This document shows positions 24,701 through 35,857 of a stretch of 36,901 nt of DNA, piece by piece. Both the position numbers and the translations under genes were made by a program. The notes beneath the pieces are model-generated. The model saw only the letters and a program-made list of their open reading frames with translations, made no database searches and had not been told where the DNA came from. Position 1 is the first letter of the stretch. The number at the start of each line of letters is the position of its first letter. This DNA comes from Octopus bimaculoides (taxonomy: Eukaryota), in contig NC_068998.1 of NCBI RefSeq assembly GCF_001194135.2, positions 49,690,227 to 49,727,127 of the forward strand, read 5' to 3'.

Positions 24701-25808
24701 GTCCTCAATTAGCACTTAAACACTGCGAGTTTCCCCTGTACTATTTCGAGAACCTTGAACAGGATTTTTCATTTTGCAGGTATATATATATATACATGTA
24801 AATTTATATGTATGTATGGCACATAAGACTTTGTGTATAGTCCAATGCCTTGTAGCTGCAGACTGGCCAAAGCTTGGTAAATGTCTCCGCAGCAGACTTC
24901 ATAGCTTTAATCTAAAATCTCACGTTATTTCTTTATTCCTGACCATGCTAAAATCTCAGACTACAGCATACACTTTATCACAAAAGCAGATTTCACCACT
25001 TGCGAAATAAGCAAAGAGATGTCACTCAGCATAATGCCTTATGGAGGACACTACTAAATTTCACTGCGCACGCAATTGTGTGCTGTCACCAGCTGACGTG
25101 CTGCAGAACTAGTTAGGGAAATTTCGACACCAACTTATTAATATATACATATATATATACATGCACACACACTTTGCAAATATCTGCAAGTNNNNNNNNN
25201 NNNNNNNNNNNNNNNNNNNNNNNNNNNNNNNNNNNNNNNNNNNNNNNNNNNNNNNNNNNNNNNNNNNNNNNNNNNNNNNNNNNNNNNNNNNNNNNNNNNN
25301 NNNNNNNNNNNNNNNNNNNNNNNNNNNNNNNNNNNNNNNNNNNNNNNNNNNNNNNNNNNNNNNNNNNNNNNNNNNNNNNNNNNNNNNNNNNNNNNNNNNN
25401 NNNNNNNNNNNNNNNNNNNNNNNNNNNNNNNNNNNNNNNNNNNNNNNNNNNNNNNNNNNNNNNNNNNNNNNNNNNNNNNNNNNNNNNNNNNNNNNNNNNN
25501 NNNNNNNNNNNNNNNNNNNNNNNNNNNNNNNNNNNNNNNNNNNNNNNNNNNNNNNNNNNNNNNNNNNNNNNNNNNNNNNNNNNNNNNNNNNNNNNNNNNN
25601 NNNNNNNNNNNNNNNNNNNNNNNNNNNNNNNNNNNNNNNNNNNNNNNNNNNNNNNNNNNNNNNNNNNNNNNNNNNNNNNNNNNNNNNNNNNNNNNNNNNN
25701 NNNNNNNNNNNNNNNNNNNNNNNNNNNNNNNNNNNNNNNNNNNNNNNNNNNNNNNNNNNNNNNNNNNNNNNNNNNNNNNNNNNNNNNNNNNNNNNNNNNN
25801 NNNNNNNN

Positions 25809-25841
<33 letters not shown>

Positions 25842-27472
25842 TATATACATGCACACACACTTTGCAAATATCTGCAAGTATGTAGCAAAACTATAATATG
25901 ACATTCAGTAGAATCTTCTCTTATCCCTCCTGATTTTCGACCTTTTACTTCCGGTTTTTCTCCTTTTCTTATTTGTATGGTTCATTTCTCTTCCGAGTTG
26001 ATTGAACAGGTTCGGCAATTAAGAGACATTCGCAACCATCTACAATCTTTAAGAGGCGTAGGTGAGAAAAGATGGTTTTCGGATGTATATGATTGTATCG
26101 CATAGATGTTTAATAAACAGCATTATCTTTCCAAATTCTTCATGTTTTATTTTTTGACATAGAAGCTTTTTAATTAAAGAATGTAAAAAAAAAAAGAAAT
26201 CAGAAATCAATACATCTGTTACATGTTTGCTTTGTTTCAAAACCTCTTTCTTTCTCATTTCGTTGCAGACTATTACGAACACATTCTAAATGCATGTATG
26301 GAATATCGAAATACTGTGATGCATATTTCAATGTTCACTTTTACCAAAAGTGCTTTGTAAGATATATATATATTTCTTTTATGGCAGAAGTAGTGTTATT
26401 ATGAGACAAAATTCTTTACTTGATCAGTGTATAATATCGTATATTATTTATGATTTCTGCTGTTGTCATACATTCACACTACATCTCTGGATATATTTGA
26501 CGGTAAAAAAAAACTATTTCAAAAGTCTTGTTGGGAAATTGGTGGACAAATTGAAAAGATAATTATTTAATAATGGGAGGTTATAATCTAATATCCAATC
26601 AACTCAGAGTGATAGTATAGATTGGTAATAAGAAACACCCTTAACATATTGGTATCAAATTTAAAATGGGACGTGTTTAAATATATATGAACATACACAG
26701 AGTATGTCTCTACATTTATACATAAGAAATTTTTTATGCAATTCTACTTCCACTTATAAAAACAGATATTTTGTGCAATATATAAAATAATGAGACATCT
26801 ATATGTACACACATATATGCATACATGCATATGTACATACATACATACATACATACATACATACATACATACATACATACATACATACATGCATACAGTC
26901 AGATAGACACTAACATTAGTACCGAAATGATACTCCAAAACACTGAAAGGAGTTGCTCCACTATGGCTCCAGCCTCTAGTTGAAGCCAGTAAAGGAATAA
27001 AAGAAAGAAATCGGATCGAGATTTAAGGAGCATTTAGAATTACATAAGTTGAGCATTTGACCGTATTTGATCCGGTGGATAAATGCTAGGCTCGATTTGC
27101 TGCATCATAAATATTTAGTGAGTTTCTATCCAACACAATTACAATGAATAGGAGTACATATGCAGATTTAAATACAAATGCGATTTACATTTAAATTACA
27201 TTAAAAATAACTGTGGTTTACATCTCTGTTCCTGTGCATCTGAAATATAGGAATGAGGAGGGATATTACTACATGATACATATCATTTTATCTGAATCCA
27301 TTATATCCAATCTTTCCAATAATGTTTTGTTTCATATATGTAAATACAAAGATATACCATATGTAGATTATCTCTCAAATATTTTTGTTTGCAGTATTAT
27401 CGAACAATTAAAAATTGGAAAGACCCCGACACCATGCTTCCACATGTTATCGATATGGACGAGATGAAATGA
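21313..27472 (+). CDS. Small secreted six-cysteine protein, paralog 4 (multi-exon, about 100 aa)
   Basis: Exon 1 21313-21349, exon 2 24680-24779, exon 3 26269-26356, probable exon 4 from 27395 (TTTGCAG acceptor, TGA 27470-27472). Spliced: MKISIIVSFLIVCGESNDMCPQLALKHCEFPLYYFENLEQDFSFCRLLRTHSKCMYGISKYCDAYFNVHFYQKCF-YYRTIKNWKDPDTMLPHVIDMDEMK*. Confidence 0.9.
21485..21587. repeat. (TTA)n microsatellite
   Basis: Seen directly. Confidence 0.97.
21723..22111 (+). mobile_element. Full-length family A SINE with (AAC)n tail
   Basis: Near-identical to 4582-4962, and inserted next to a (TA)n tract in intron 1 of paralog 4. Confidence 0.9.
23321..24016 (+). mobile_element. Internally deleted mariner element with TIRs and TA target duplication
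   Basis: The left end TA|TGAGGTGGTATAAAAAATTAC..GTCTAG and the right end CTAGTCCAGGAACTTTTTTCAATCCACCTCT|TA are imperfect inverted repeats. Internal relics are VHEDRRRTINDI, DFRLFPKIK and GFKE*HERW...YFGSD. Confidence 0.8.
26832..26890. repeat. (ATAC)n microsatellite
   Basis: Seen directly. Confidence 0.95.
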
Positions 27473-28243
27473 ATATGCCAGTTCCATCATAATGATGTGT
27501 TGACTGAAAAAATATTTTATGGTATAACAAAACTTGGAGAAATGTTTTAAAAAATATTACAATAGATTTGTAGCGTTAAGTTTAGAAGGATACCACATCA
27601 GACATATGCTCTTTCTCCTGTCACCGATATTGATAGCTATTTATGTAACTAATGCACTAATTTTGCGCCTGCATTCAATGAAAAAGAAGCCATATCTATG
27701 CAACGGTTAGTCAATATTTTCTTGCGTAATATATATATATATATATACATAAATGCATACATACATACATAGTAATAATGATAATCTGTAAGAACAATTA
27801 AAATCTCAATGCTGTTTGCAATGCGGCGCTACTGTTATAAAATTGCCATAAGAATACCGATGCCACTGAAATCTTTTAAGACGATAAACGAATTAAAACA
27901 TTTACTAACGTCTCGTTTTTTCTTGAGGTGCTTCAAATTCTACTAATATTCTTGTGAAATACAATGTCTTCGGTTTCGTTTGCAAGACTATTATGGAGTT
28001 ATGTTTCGTATTTCCTGTTGTTCAGAAAACAATCGTACATGTTTTCGAATTTTTGGTCCATATAAATTTGTTACGTTGACCTAATAAGCTAAATTTTTTA
28101 TGTGTGCGACAATGGAAATATTTTTGAGGGAGATTTATCATTACGACGTCTTCTGATATTGTTGATATAGAACATGGGGTAAGATCTCACGAATATCTTA
28201 ATGCTATATACACAGCGATACCCACACAAACGCAGACATATTC

Positions 28244-28869
28244 TACGAAGGAGAATCAAAAGTTGCACGCACACTTACTTTTCCAAAGCATTTATACAAA
28301 AGTAGGGAAGAAACAAGTACGCAAATTTCTGTACATAATCTCCGTCCTTTTCGATGCACTCGGTGCAGCGGTTCACAAGGTAGCGTATTCCCTCCAAGAA
28401 GAAGGTTTTCGGTTGGTCGTGCACCTATTTCTGCACCGGTTCCTTCACATCTCCATCCGTAGAAAATGGACGACACGTAAACCATCTTTGAACGATCCAA
28501 AGATATGATAATCGGAAGGGGCACGATCTGAGCTGTAGGCAGGGTGTTCCAGAACCTCAAAACCCAATTGGTTAGTGGTTATAACGGTCTGGGTTACCGT
28601 GTGAGGGCGAGCATTGTCCTGTAACAACAAAACTTTTTCGACAACAGTCTCCGCCGTTTGGTGCGAATTGCTGTCTTCAGATTGTTGACCAGCAAAGCTC
28701 TGTACCTTGCACTGTTGATCGTCCATCACTTTTCCAGATAAAACGTATCACTACTCTTTGTTATTCTTTCGTGCAATTTGCTTGTAGAGCGACCATGTTT
28801 ATACTGTAAGACCAGAAAAAAATATATATTCACATATATATTACAGGTAATTTTCAAACTTGCCCGTGA
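28244..28869 (-). mobile_element. Internally deleted mariner (DD34D-type) element
   Basis: LLLQDNARPHT and LEHPAYSSDRAPSDYHIFGSFKDGLR (mariner motifs DNARPH and HPPYSPDLAPSDY), the N-terminal relic NCTKE*QRVVIRFIW, and a TIR-like TACGAAGGAGAATCAAAAGTT at 28244. Confidence 0.88.
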
Positions 28870-29025
28870 CATTAACATGCAAGTGAGGGAACATTCCACA
28901 AACACGTGTCCCTCCTTCAAATACTTGTCAGGGTGATTCAGCGTGACAAGGGTGACCCATTAAGGAAGCAAACTTGCGACTCTTATTGCGAGTCGAATAA
29001 CCTAACCACTAAGCCACGTGCCTTC
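28870..29025 (-). mobile_element. Degenerate, deleted family A SINE
   Basis: ATTAACATGCAAGTG...ACACGTGT...ATTCAGCGTGACAAGG..GACCC...CTAACCACTAAGCCACGTGCC corresponds to the reverse complement of family A segments. Confidence 0.55.
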
Positions 29026-29101
29026 TCAACATACACATAGATATATATAAAAGATTTGTCATAAGAGCAACTGCAGCAATGATGAAGAGTACGACGACGG
29101 T

Positions 29102-29102
<1 letters not shown>

Positions 29103-29165
<63 letters not shown>
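29103..29165. repeat. (AAT)n microsatellite
   Basis: Seen directly. Confidence 0.97.
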
Positions 29166-29170
<5 letters not shown>

Positions 29171-29639
29171 TTCGATGTAGAAGTGTTTACTTAAGTAGAT
29201 TTGTCAACCAAGTATTGATACATTGAAGAATTTCATATAGGAATAATATTATCTGTGGTAAAACCATGACTACCTTGAATTTGATGGCTAACATAATAAA
29301 ACAGTGGATATGACGCGAAACATTTTCATATATTTACTGGTTGACGAATTCCGATTCTACTTGTAGATATCCATTTTAAAACAGCTCTATTTTAATACAC
29401 GTTTCACATGATTCAGCAATTTCCACAACTGACAAGTTGATTAAGTAAAGATTGCTCGGAATCAGAACGAAACACGGGAAAATAGAATACCTAAACGGAA
29501 AATCATGGGAGTTCAGTTATTCTGGAATTGATTAAGATATCGGATCTTACTAAGCTTAATCGTTGCGGTAATCAGTTCATGATCGAACGTCAGGAGTTAG
29601 ATTTCTGTTAGCGCTTTTTCTTCTTGAGGAATGTACTAC

Positions 29640-29922
29640 TTCTTCCTGCTCTAGTCCACTCACCTGGAAAAAAAGTAGTTTGTACTTGTAATTCAATGGG
29701 CACAAGCCATGTCACTTAGTGTGTCATCTTTAATGACCATGAGAATTACATTAAAGGTGTCTGTGTGATACTCCAGCGCGTAACTGGTACTTAATTTATC
29801 GACCCCGAAAGGATGAAACGCAAAGTCGACCGTGGCGGAATTTGAACTCAGAACGTAACGGTAGACGAAATACCGCTACGCATTTCATCCGGCGTGCTAA
29901 CGTTTCTGCCAGCTCACCGCCT
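29640..29922. mobile_element. Degenerate family A SINE body (+) abutting a family B SINE (-, 29776-29922)
   Basis: TGTAATTCAATGGG...GTCAC...GTGTC is family A-like. 29776-29922 is the reverse complement of the family B head and core (GGCGGTGAGCTGGCAGAAACGTTAGCACGCC). Confidence 0.75.
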
Positions 29923-30502
29923 TCACACATATCTAATATTCCATTATATATTTGTGAATGTATGAATGTGTGTGTAAGAGAGAGAGAGAGTATTATATAA
30001 GTGTGTCTTTTTACGGAAAATCAGTGGTTCAAACACACACGCTAATTAGAAAACTATAAGACACTATTATTTAAAATTGATTTCAAAGTAAGAATTTTTG
30101 TATTGCGTAATTATCACTCAAGTTTTGTTGATATTAACATACACGTCGCAAATCATCAAATGAGTATGTTTGTAATATTGGCAGACATCTGTTCCACTCT
30201 ATTCTCAATAAATAATGCAATGTCACGAGAACAAAAGCTATTACAGTTTACTTCATTTAGACGATGACAATATATATCATAATCTCGTTTTTGATCACGG
30301 CTAAGTACATATATTACATAATGCTTTATCTTACTGGCTCTTTTATTGTTCTCCATTGGCATAAATATCTATACGCACATGCACAAGCAAACATGAACTG
30401 ATAGGAACAATAACCCCACCTTCCTTAAACAAAAGTTAATTTTTTTAAATCGTGTTCAAACAATATATGGAGCAATTGAATCCTAATTGAACAGCTGTTG
30501 AA

Positions 30503-32458
30503 AAGAAAATTGTCACCTGCTTATTATATATTGTTTTGCGGTACCACTCCCAAACCGTAATAATACGATCTGATGCTTACGTACAGTTTACACGCTTGGC
30601 TGAAATTTGGTCAATATAGCAATTCAAAATTTAAACATTAGAATCTTACCGAAGACAGTATAAATACAATATAAACTGAAAAGTGTATTTCAGTGAGGTG
30701 AAGGGCGATAACTCTCTAAGAGTTAAAACAAAGTTATATATGTGTGAATATGTGCGTGTAGGGAGGGGGTACGAGTGTGAAAGAGGGAGAGAGAGGGAGA
30801 GAGAGAGAGAGAGTGTGTGTGATAGACAGACAGACAGAGAAAGAGATAAAATCGAAGCAGGTAATACGCGGGCGTTAGCATCACTTCTGTATGGAGCAGG
30901 AATTATAAAATGGCAAAAGAGAGAAACGAAGAAAATGGATACCAAGTCAAAGAAAAATGTTTGACAGTACATGAAGCCTTGTACCATAAGAGTGATACCG
31001 GTAGGTTGTACATGTCCAGAAGAAAGGGAGGGAGAGATTGATCAGTTTCCAGAAATGTATCGAAGCAGAGGAAAACAGCCATATTTGAAACACACAAAAA
31101 AGGCCGGTGTCATCAGAACTGAAAATTGCGTAACTAAAGGAACATTTAAACAAGAAATGCAGAAAAAAGAAATAAGAAAAAGCATAGAATGAAAAGAAAA
31201 TGTACAGTCTGTTTCCAAGTGATCTGAACGCGAACACAGATAGAGAGGATCGATGACTATGGATTAGGAGGGGTGACCTGAAGTTAGAGACAGAAGCAGT
31301 CATATGCGCAGCTCAGTAACACGCTTTAAAAATCAATTGACAACACTATCGTCAGTGACAAATGCAGAATATGTGGTGAGAGGGGTGAACGGTATGGCAC
31401 GGTGCGAATACAAAGGACGACATGGAAATGTGGCTAACATGATCCATTGGAAGCTATGTGGAAATCACGGCCTACAAAGAGCAAAAACATGGTATGAACA
31501 AACCCTCAGAAGGAGGTGCTGAAAATGAGAACAGCAAACTGATGTGGGATGTAAGGATGCAGTGCGATCACCCGACAAGACATACGAAGACGGACATTGT
31601 TGTGGTGAATAAAAAGGAAAGAACATGTATGATAATCGACATAGCATACACCGTGGATGATGTCTGACTCTATCAGTACAAATAATCTGGTGATAGTGTG
31701 ACGGCATACTAGTATGTAATTTCGACTGTATCGAAGCAGAGGAAAACAGTCTAGGATGGTATATAAAAGGATAGACTAGTCGCGGAAAGCAATCAACTTT
31801 GTTGTAGTTATATTATTGAATGAGAAGTGTTACAAGACGCCGAGTTGCCTAGAAATATTAACCCCATTTCTACATACAAAATTTCGATATAATCATCTAC
31901 AACATAGAATTCATTTGTCAGTAAGTTATGAAGATACAATTCCAGATGTGGGATTTACTTGAAACCTCTCGCTCACCATGTCCAAAATTTCTTTTTTTTA
32001 GCAATATATTCCAATATATCTCTAATCTACTATATCAGAAACGTATATGTTAAACATTTGTCAAACATTTTGTAATAGAATATCAAGTTTCAAGAGGTTG
32101 TGAGGCAAATTTTCGGTTGGGTGCCATTCATGTATGCATAAATGTTGTAAGTAAATGAAAGCCACTTCGCTACTTCAATTTTCTATTTCTTATACAACCA
32201 TCAATATGTATAAAAGGATGCTGAAGTGAGAATAATTTGGCTAAAGTTTGATTAGGCTTATAATTCACATGAAGTAGATTTGTAAATATTGGGAAACGTT
32301 TACATTTACAGACGTTTATGGAAATACTTGAAAGAAAAAGAATATCCGGCAGTGAATGAAAATGTCGCAGTGAATAACATTGTGCTTTAACTAACGCAGT
32401 ATGTCGATATTCTCTTTCAGTTACCTTGACCAATTGAAATGACATTCCTTCTAATTGG
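30503..32458 (+). pseudogene. Possible decayed extra paralog of the six-cysteine family
   Basis: Four fragments in the expected order: a signal-exon-like stretch 30503-30540 (AAG for ATG, KKIVTCLLYIVL), 31808-31920 bounded by AG/GTAAGT, an exon-3-like stretch about 32069-32146 (CEANF...C-x11-C, GTAAGT), and an exon-4-like stretch 32421-32458. The frames are not compatible, and chance similarity cannot be excluded. Confidence 0.25.
30845..31790 (+). mobile_element. Decayed RLE-type non-LTR retrotransposon (R4/Dong-like), 3' part
   Basis: Frameshifted relics: NTRALASLLYGAGIIKW, HKSDTGRLYMSRRKGG, CIEAEENS, WIRRGDLKLETEAVICAAQ, RHGNVANMIHWKLCG, ENENSKLMWD, and TDIVVVNKKERTCMIIDIA (PD..D-type restriction-like endonuclease). 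A second CIEAEENSLGWYIK segment occurs near 31725. Confidence 0.85.
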
Positions 32459-34073
32459 GTGCACAATGCCGTTTAAGCTTCTCTCTTATTATCGCCGAGA
32501 TTGCAAATAAGTGTGCCTACAATAAGGTAAAATTATCACTATTGATTCTTATTGATACAGCAACACATCATAAACTATATATTCACCTTCACAAAGGACC
32601 ACCATCCGGGCGTTTCTTCTATTCTATAGTTAATATTTACACAATTGATGCCTCGTTTATTTGATTTAGCTGATATGTTACAACTAATTTTCATTTGCAT
32701 AATATATTTTTCTTAAGTTACATACGTAGTACTTTCAGAAATGTGCCCCACCACTTTTTCGCACATAAATTTATAAATAATTACTTGCTTTCAATGCATG
32801 CTTCAACATATACGTTTCCGAGGTTCATATTTCGATTTTATAAGATTTTAAAGCGGAGGAAAATAATGGAGGCCATCACTTCGATTCATTATCTTATATG
32901 TTCATATGTTTACATGGTTTAATTACAATTATGTGGTTAAAAATTTGAGATGCATAATTTACCGACTCACCAAATTTTGCACATGGAATTCCTATAATAT
33001 TTATAATCTACAATATTCGAAGGCTGTGTTTAGAAAATTTCATTAAAAAATGGCATTTAATTAAAATAAACGGTGGAAGAAAACTAGGCTTGAGAAATAT
33101 ACAAATCTCCACCCCAGCGAACCCGAAATATAATCGTAAGCTAATTTATCTGAAGCGTATACAATGGTGCGTATTCGACAAAAGAAAATACGGGGGATGA
33201 GTTAATTATGAATTTATTCAACATTATTCCCTTCTCAGATTTTGGGGCAGCATTTATATTCTCAGAAGTATAAAAAGAGATATTAAAAAATGGTCTCTGG
33301 TAGTGACATAAATGTCGTATTGTATGATTAACTGTTGGAATTAACACAATTTATAAGCGGTTAGCTTTTGTTCTTTCGACGAATTAAACTCAACCTCTCG
33401 AAATAAGATATTTAATAACGTGATATTTAATAACGTTATACCTAATTATTTATTATCGTCAAAATTACATGTTAGTGTACATTCGATATGTCCACACTAT
33501 CACCAAATGATTTGTTTCTGTAATTTATAAATATGATGTGTAAAATAATGTTGCTAATTATCTGAAAGGTATCCAGTATTGCAGAAAATGACAGATCAAT
33601 AATGTCAATAGCACTCATAGCATTGTAATATACAGATTCTAATAACTATTAAGATAAATATTCTGTAGTTAATGAAACAACAATGCTATACCTTTGCAAT
33701 TACAAAGCTACATGATACCGGGTATCTTTTTAGCTGTGAAACAAATGTAACCTTGGTTTTATCTCTTACACTCCTTATATAAATAGATTATTCATTTTCC
33801 TGATCATATAAATATTAAGTAATTGTAAGAATATAATAATGTATCTATTGAAAAAGCATCAAATGAAATGTTAATTCACGGCAACGTCAGTTTTCCTTAG
33901 TAAAAATATAAACGTCACAGAATTTGCGAAGCAAATTACACATATCGCAATTAATCAAATGCATTTCTATTTGCAATGATGATAAACATCTGTTACAATC
34001 ATTTGTTAGTAAATAAAGCTATAAAACTTGGACATAATACATTCAGTTTGTACTGTTTTATAGATCATAGAAG

Positions 34074-35704
34074 ATGAGAATTTATAGCTTCATATTTTTG
34101 CTTGTTATTGGTAAGTGTCTAATAAGAACTTCACTTTTATTATTGTATATTACGTTGTGATTAGTCTGCCTCGCTGTTTATGAATACATATGTATATGTA
34201 TGCATAATGTATACATACATACACACACAAATGTGGTAGGAGGCTTCCTTCCCAATCACGTGGTTCCGGGTTGAGTCCCACTGCGTGGAAACTTGGGCAA
34301 ATGTTCTTTTTTTTACTATTGCTTTGAGCTTGACACTCGCATGACAATCGATGTTGGTGTTTTTACGTCCTGGTAACTTAGTTTTCGGGAAAAAGTGTCC
34401 GATAGAGTAAGTACCAGGGAGTCGATTCATTCAGATAAAACATTAAAGGTAGTAGAACAGCATGGCCGCAGTCTAATGAGTGTGGCAAGCAAAAGTAAAA
34501 ATAAAGGGAAAAATACTTTAGTTTTCATCTATGTTGTGAAATTGAACTTGGAAGCACAACAAATATGAATCTGCCGATTTATAGCTCAATATCCTGAGAC
34601 GAATGGAAGCTCGTACATAAGTATTATTTATATTTAATATCTATCTCTTCCTGAATGTAGTACCTCTTATTCAAATTCCGCCGAAGTCGACTTTGCTTTC
34701 ATCCTTCCAGGGTCGATGAATTAAGTACCAGTTGTGATCTAATGGACTAGCTCCTCCCCCAAAATAGCGGGCTTTGTGCCTAGAAGAGAAAAGAATGTAT
34801 TAGCTTTTTATGGTAATAATAGCCTCTGTTTAGCATACTTGATGATATATTGTACAACATCATGATTGGTTAGTAGAAAGTACGTAAAAGCTATTTTCAA
34901 CATGTAAAAGTTAAATTTTCATTGGAAGATATTGGTACGTTTTGACAACACATTAACGTTAATCGGATAAATTTAAGAATGTTTTATTTTCTCTAATAAT
35001 GACGTGAATTCTTTTCGATTATTTTTTATATGACTGAAGTTATTTAAATATGTACTTCAATGAAAAATGAAAGAGTTTTCGTAAATATGAACAATCATAA
35101 AAATTGACAATACATCTACTCCGTATATATATCAATATCTACATAAGAATTAAGACGGCGAGGTGGCAGAAACGTTAGTACGCCGGGCGAAATGTCCAGC
35201 GGTATTTTGTTTGTGCTTATCTTTTGAGTTCAAATTCCGCTGTGGCCGATTTTGCCTTTCATCCTTTCGGGGTCGATAAATTAAGTACTAACTGGGGTCG
35301 ATCTAATCGACTGCTGCCTACCTCCCCCAAACTTTCAGGCCTTGTGCCTAGAGTAGAAAAGAATATTTATTTGATACTTCAAGCTCAGATACAAGTAACG
35401 AAGTTTTGCAAATGTGTCGCAAAGAAACTTTAAGTACCATCGCAATAAGTCACTGACGATGTAAGTTCACGCTCTTAACCAATATATTTGCTTCTCGTTT
35501 AAATGAGATTATTATAATTACAATTTACGATAGTTTGAAATCCTTTAAGTACACATTGCATAAATGATAGTGTGCGCAGTATTAAAAAAAATATATCTAT
35601 TAACTTAGATCGAGATGAATATTCAAACGCGGACGGCATAGTAGATTATAATATATATATATACATATATATATATATATGCACACATAAATATATATGT
35701 ATAT

Positions 35705-35767
<63 letters not shown>

Positions 35768-35857
35768 ATGTATATATGTATAACGTTCAATAAGTTTAGT
35801 CAAGAGATGAATAAGTAATATTGTATTCTTAAATCTTAGGTATGGTGATGGGATTCA
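34074..35857 (+). CDS. Small secreted protein, paralog 5 (partial; exon 2 runs into a gap, remainder beyond window)
   Basis: Exon 1 34074-34110 (37 nt, ATG...G|GTAAGT) encodes MRIYSFIFLLVI(G). A phase-1 acceptor TCTTAG at 35839 is followed by GT ATG GTG ATG GGA TTC A, then the gap at 35858. Partial protein: MRIYSFIFLLVIGMVMGF... Confidence 0.75.
34228..34500 (+). mobile_element. Degenerate SINE of another family
   Basis: Head GTGGTAGGAGGCTT...GTGGTTCCGGGTTGAGTCCCACTGCGTGG and tail AGCATGGCCGCAGTC.AATGA...AAGCAAAAG. The same tail occurs at about 11155-11210. Confidence 0.6.
34668..34795 (+). mobile_element. 5'-truncated family B SINE
   Basis: TTCAAATTCCGCCGAAGTCGACTTTGC...GGGTCGATGAATTAAGTACCAG...GTGCCTAGAAGAGAAAAGAA. 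Confidence 0.8.
35155..35364 (+). mobile_element. Full-length family B SINE
   Basis: GGCGAGGTGGCAGAAACGTTAG...GAGTTCAAATTCCG...GGCCTTGTGCCTAGAGTAGAAAAGAA. Confidence 0.88.
35648..35780. repeat. (TA)n/(TG)n microsatellite
   Basis: Seen directly. Confidence 0.95.

Noticed and set aside
25140-25880. About 50-bp sequence repeated on both sides of gap 25192-25808
   Set aside because: The copies differ by one AC unit and sit directly at the contig ends, so this is most likely an unmerged heterozygous overlap.
28847-28900. TTACAG|GT as a possible exon 5 of paralog 4
   Set aside because: It overlaps the probable mariner TIR and a SINE fragment, with no nearby AATAAA like the other copies.
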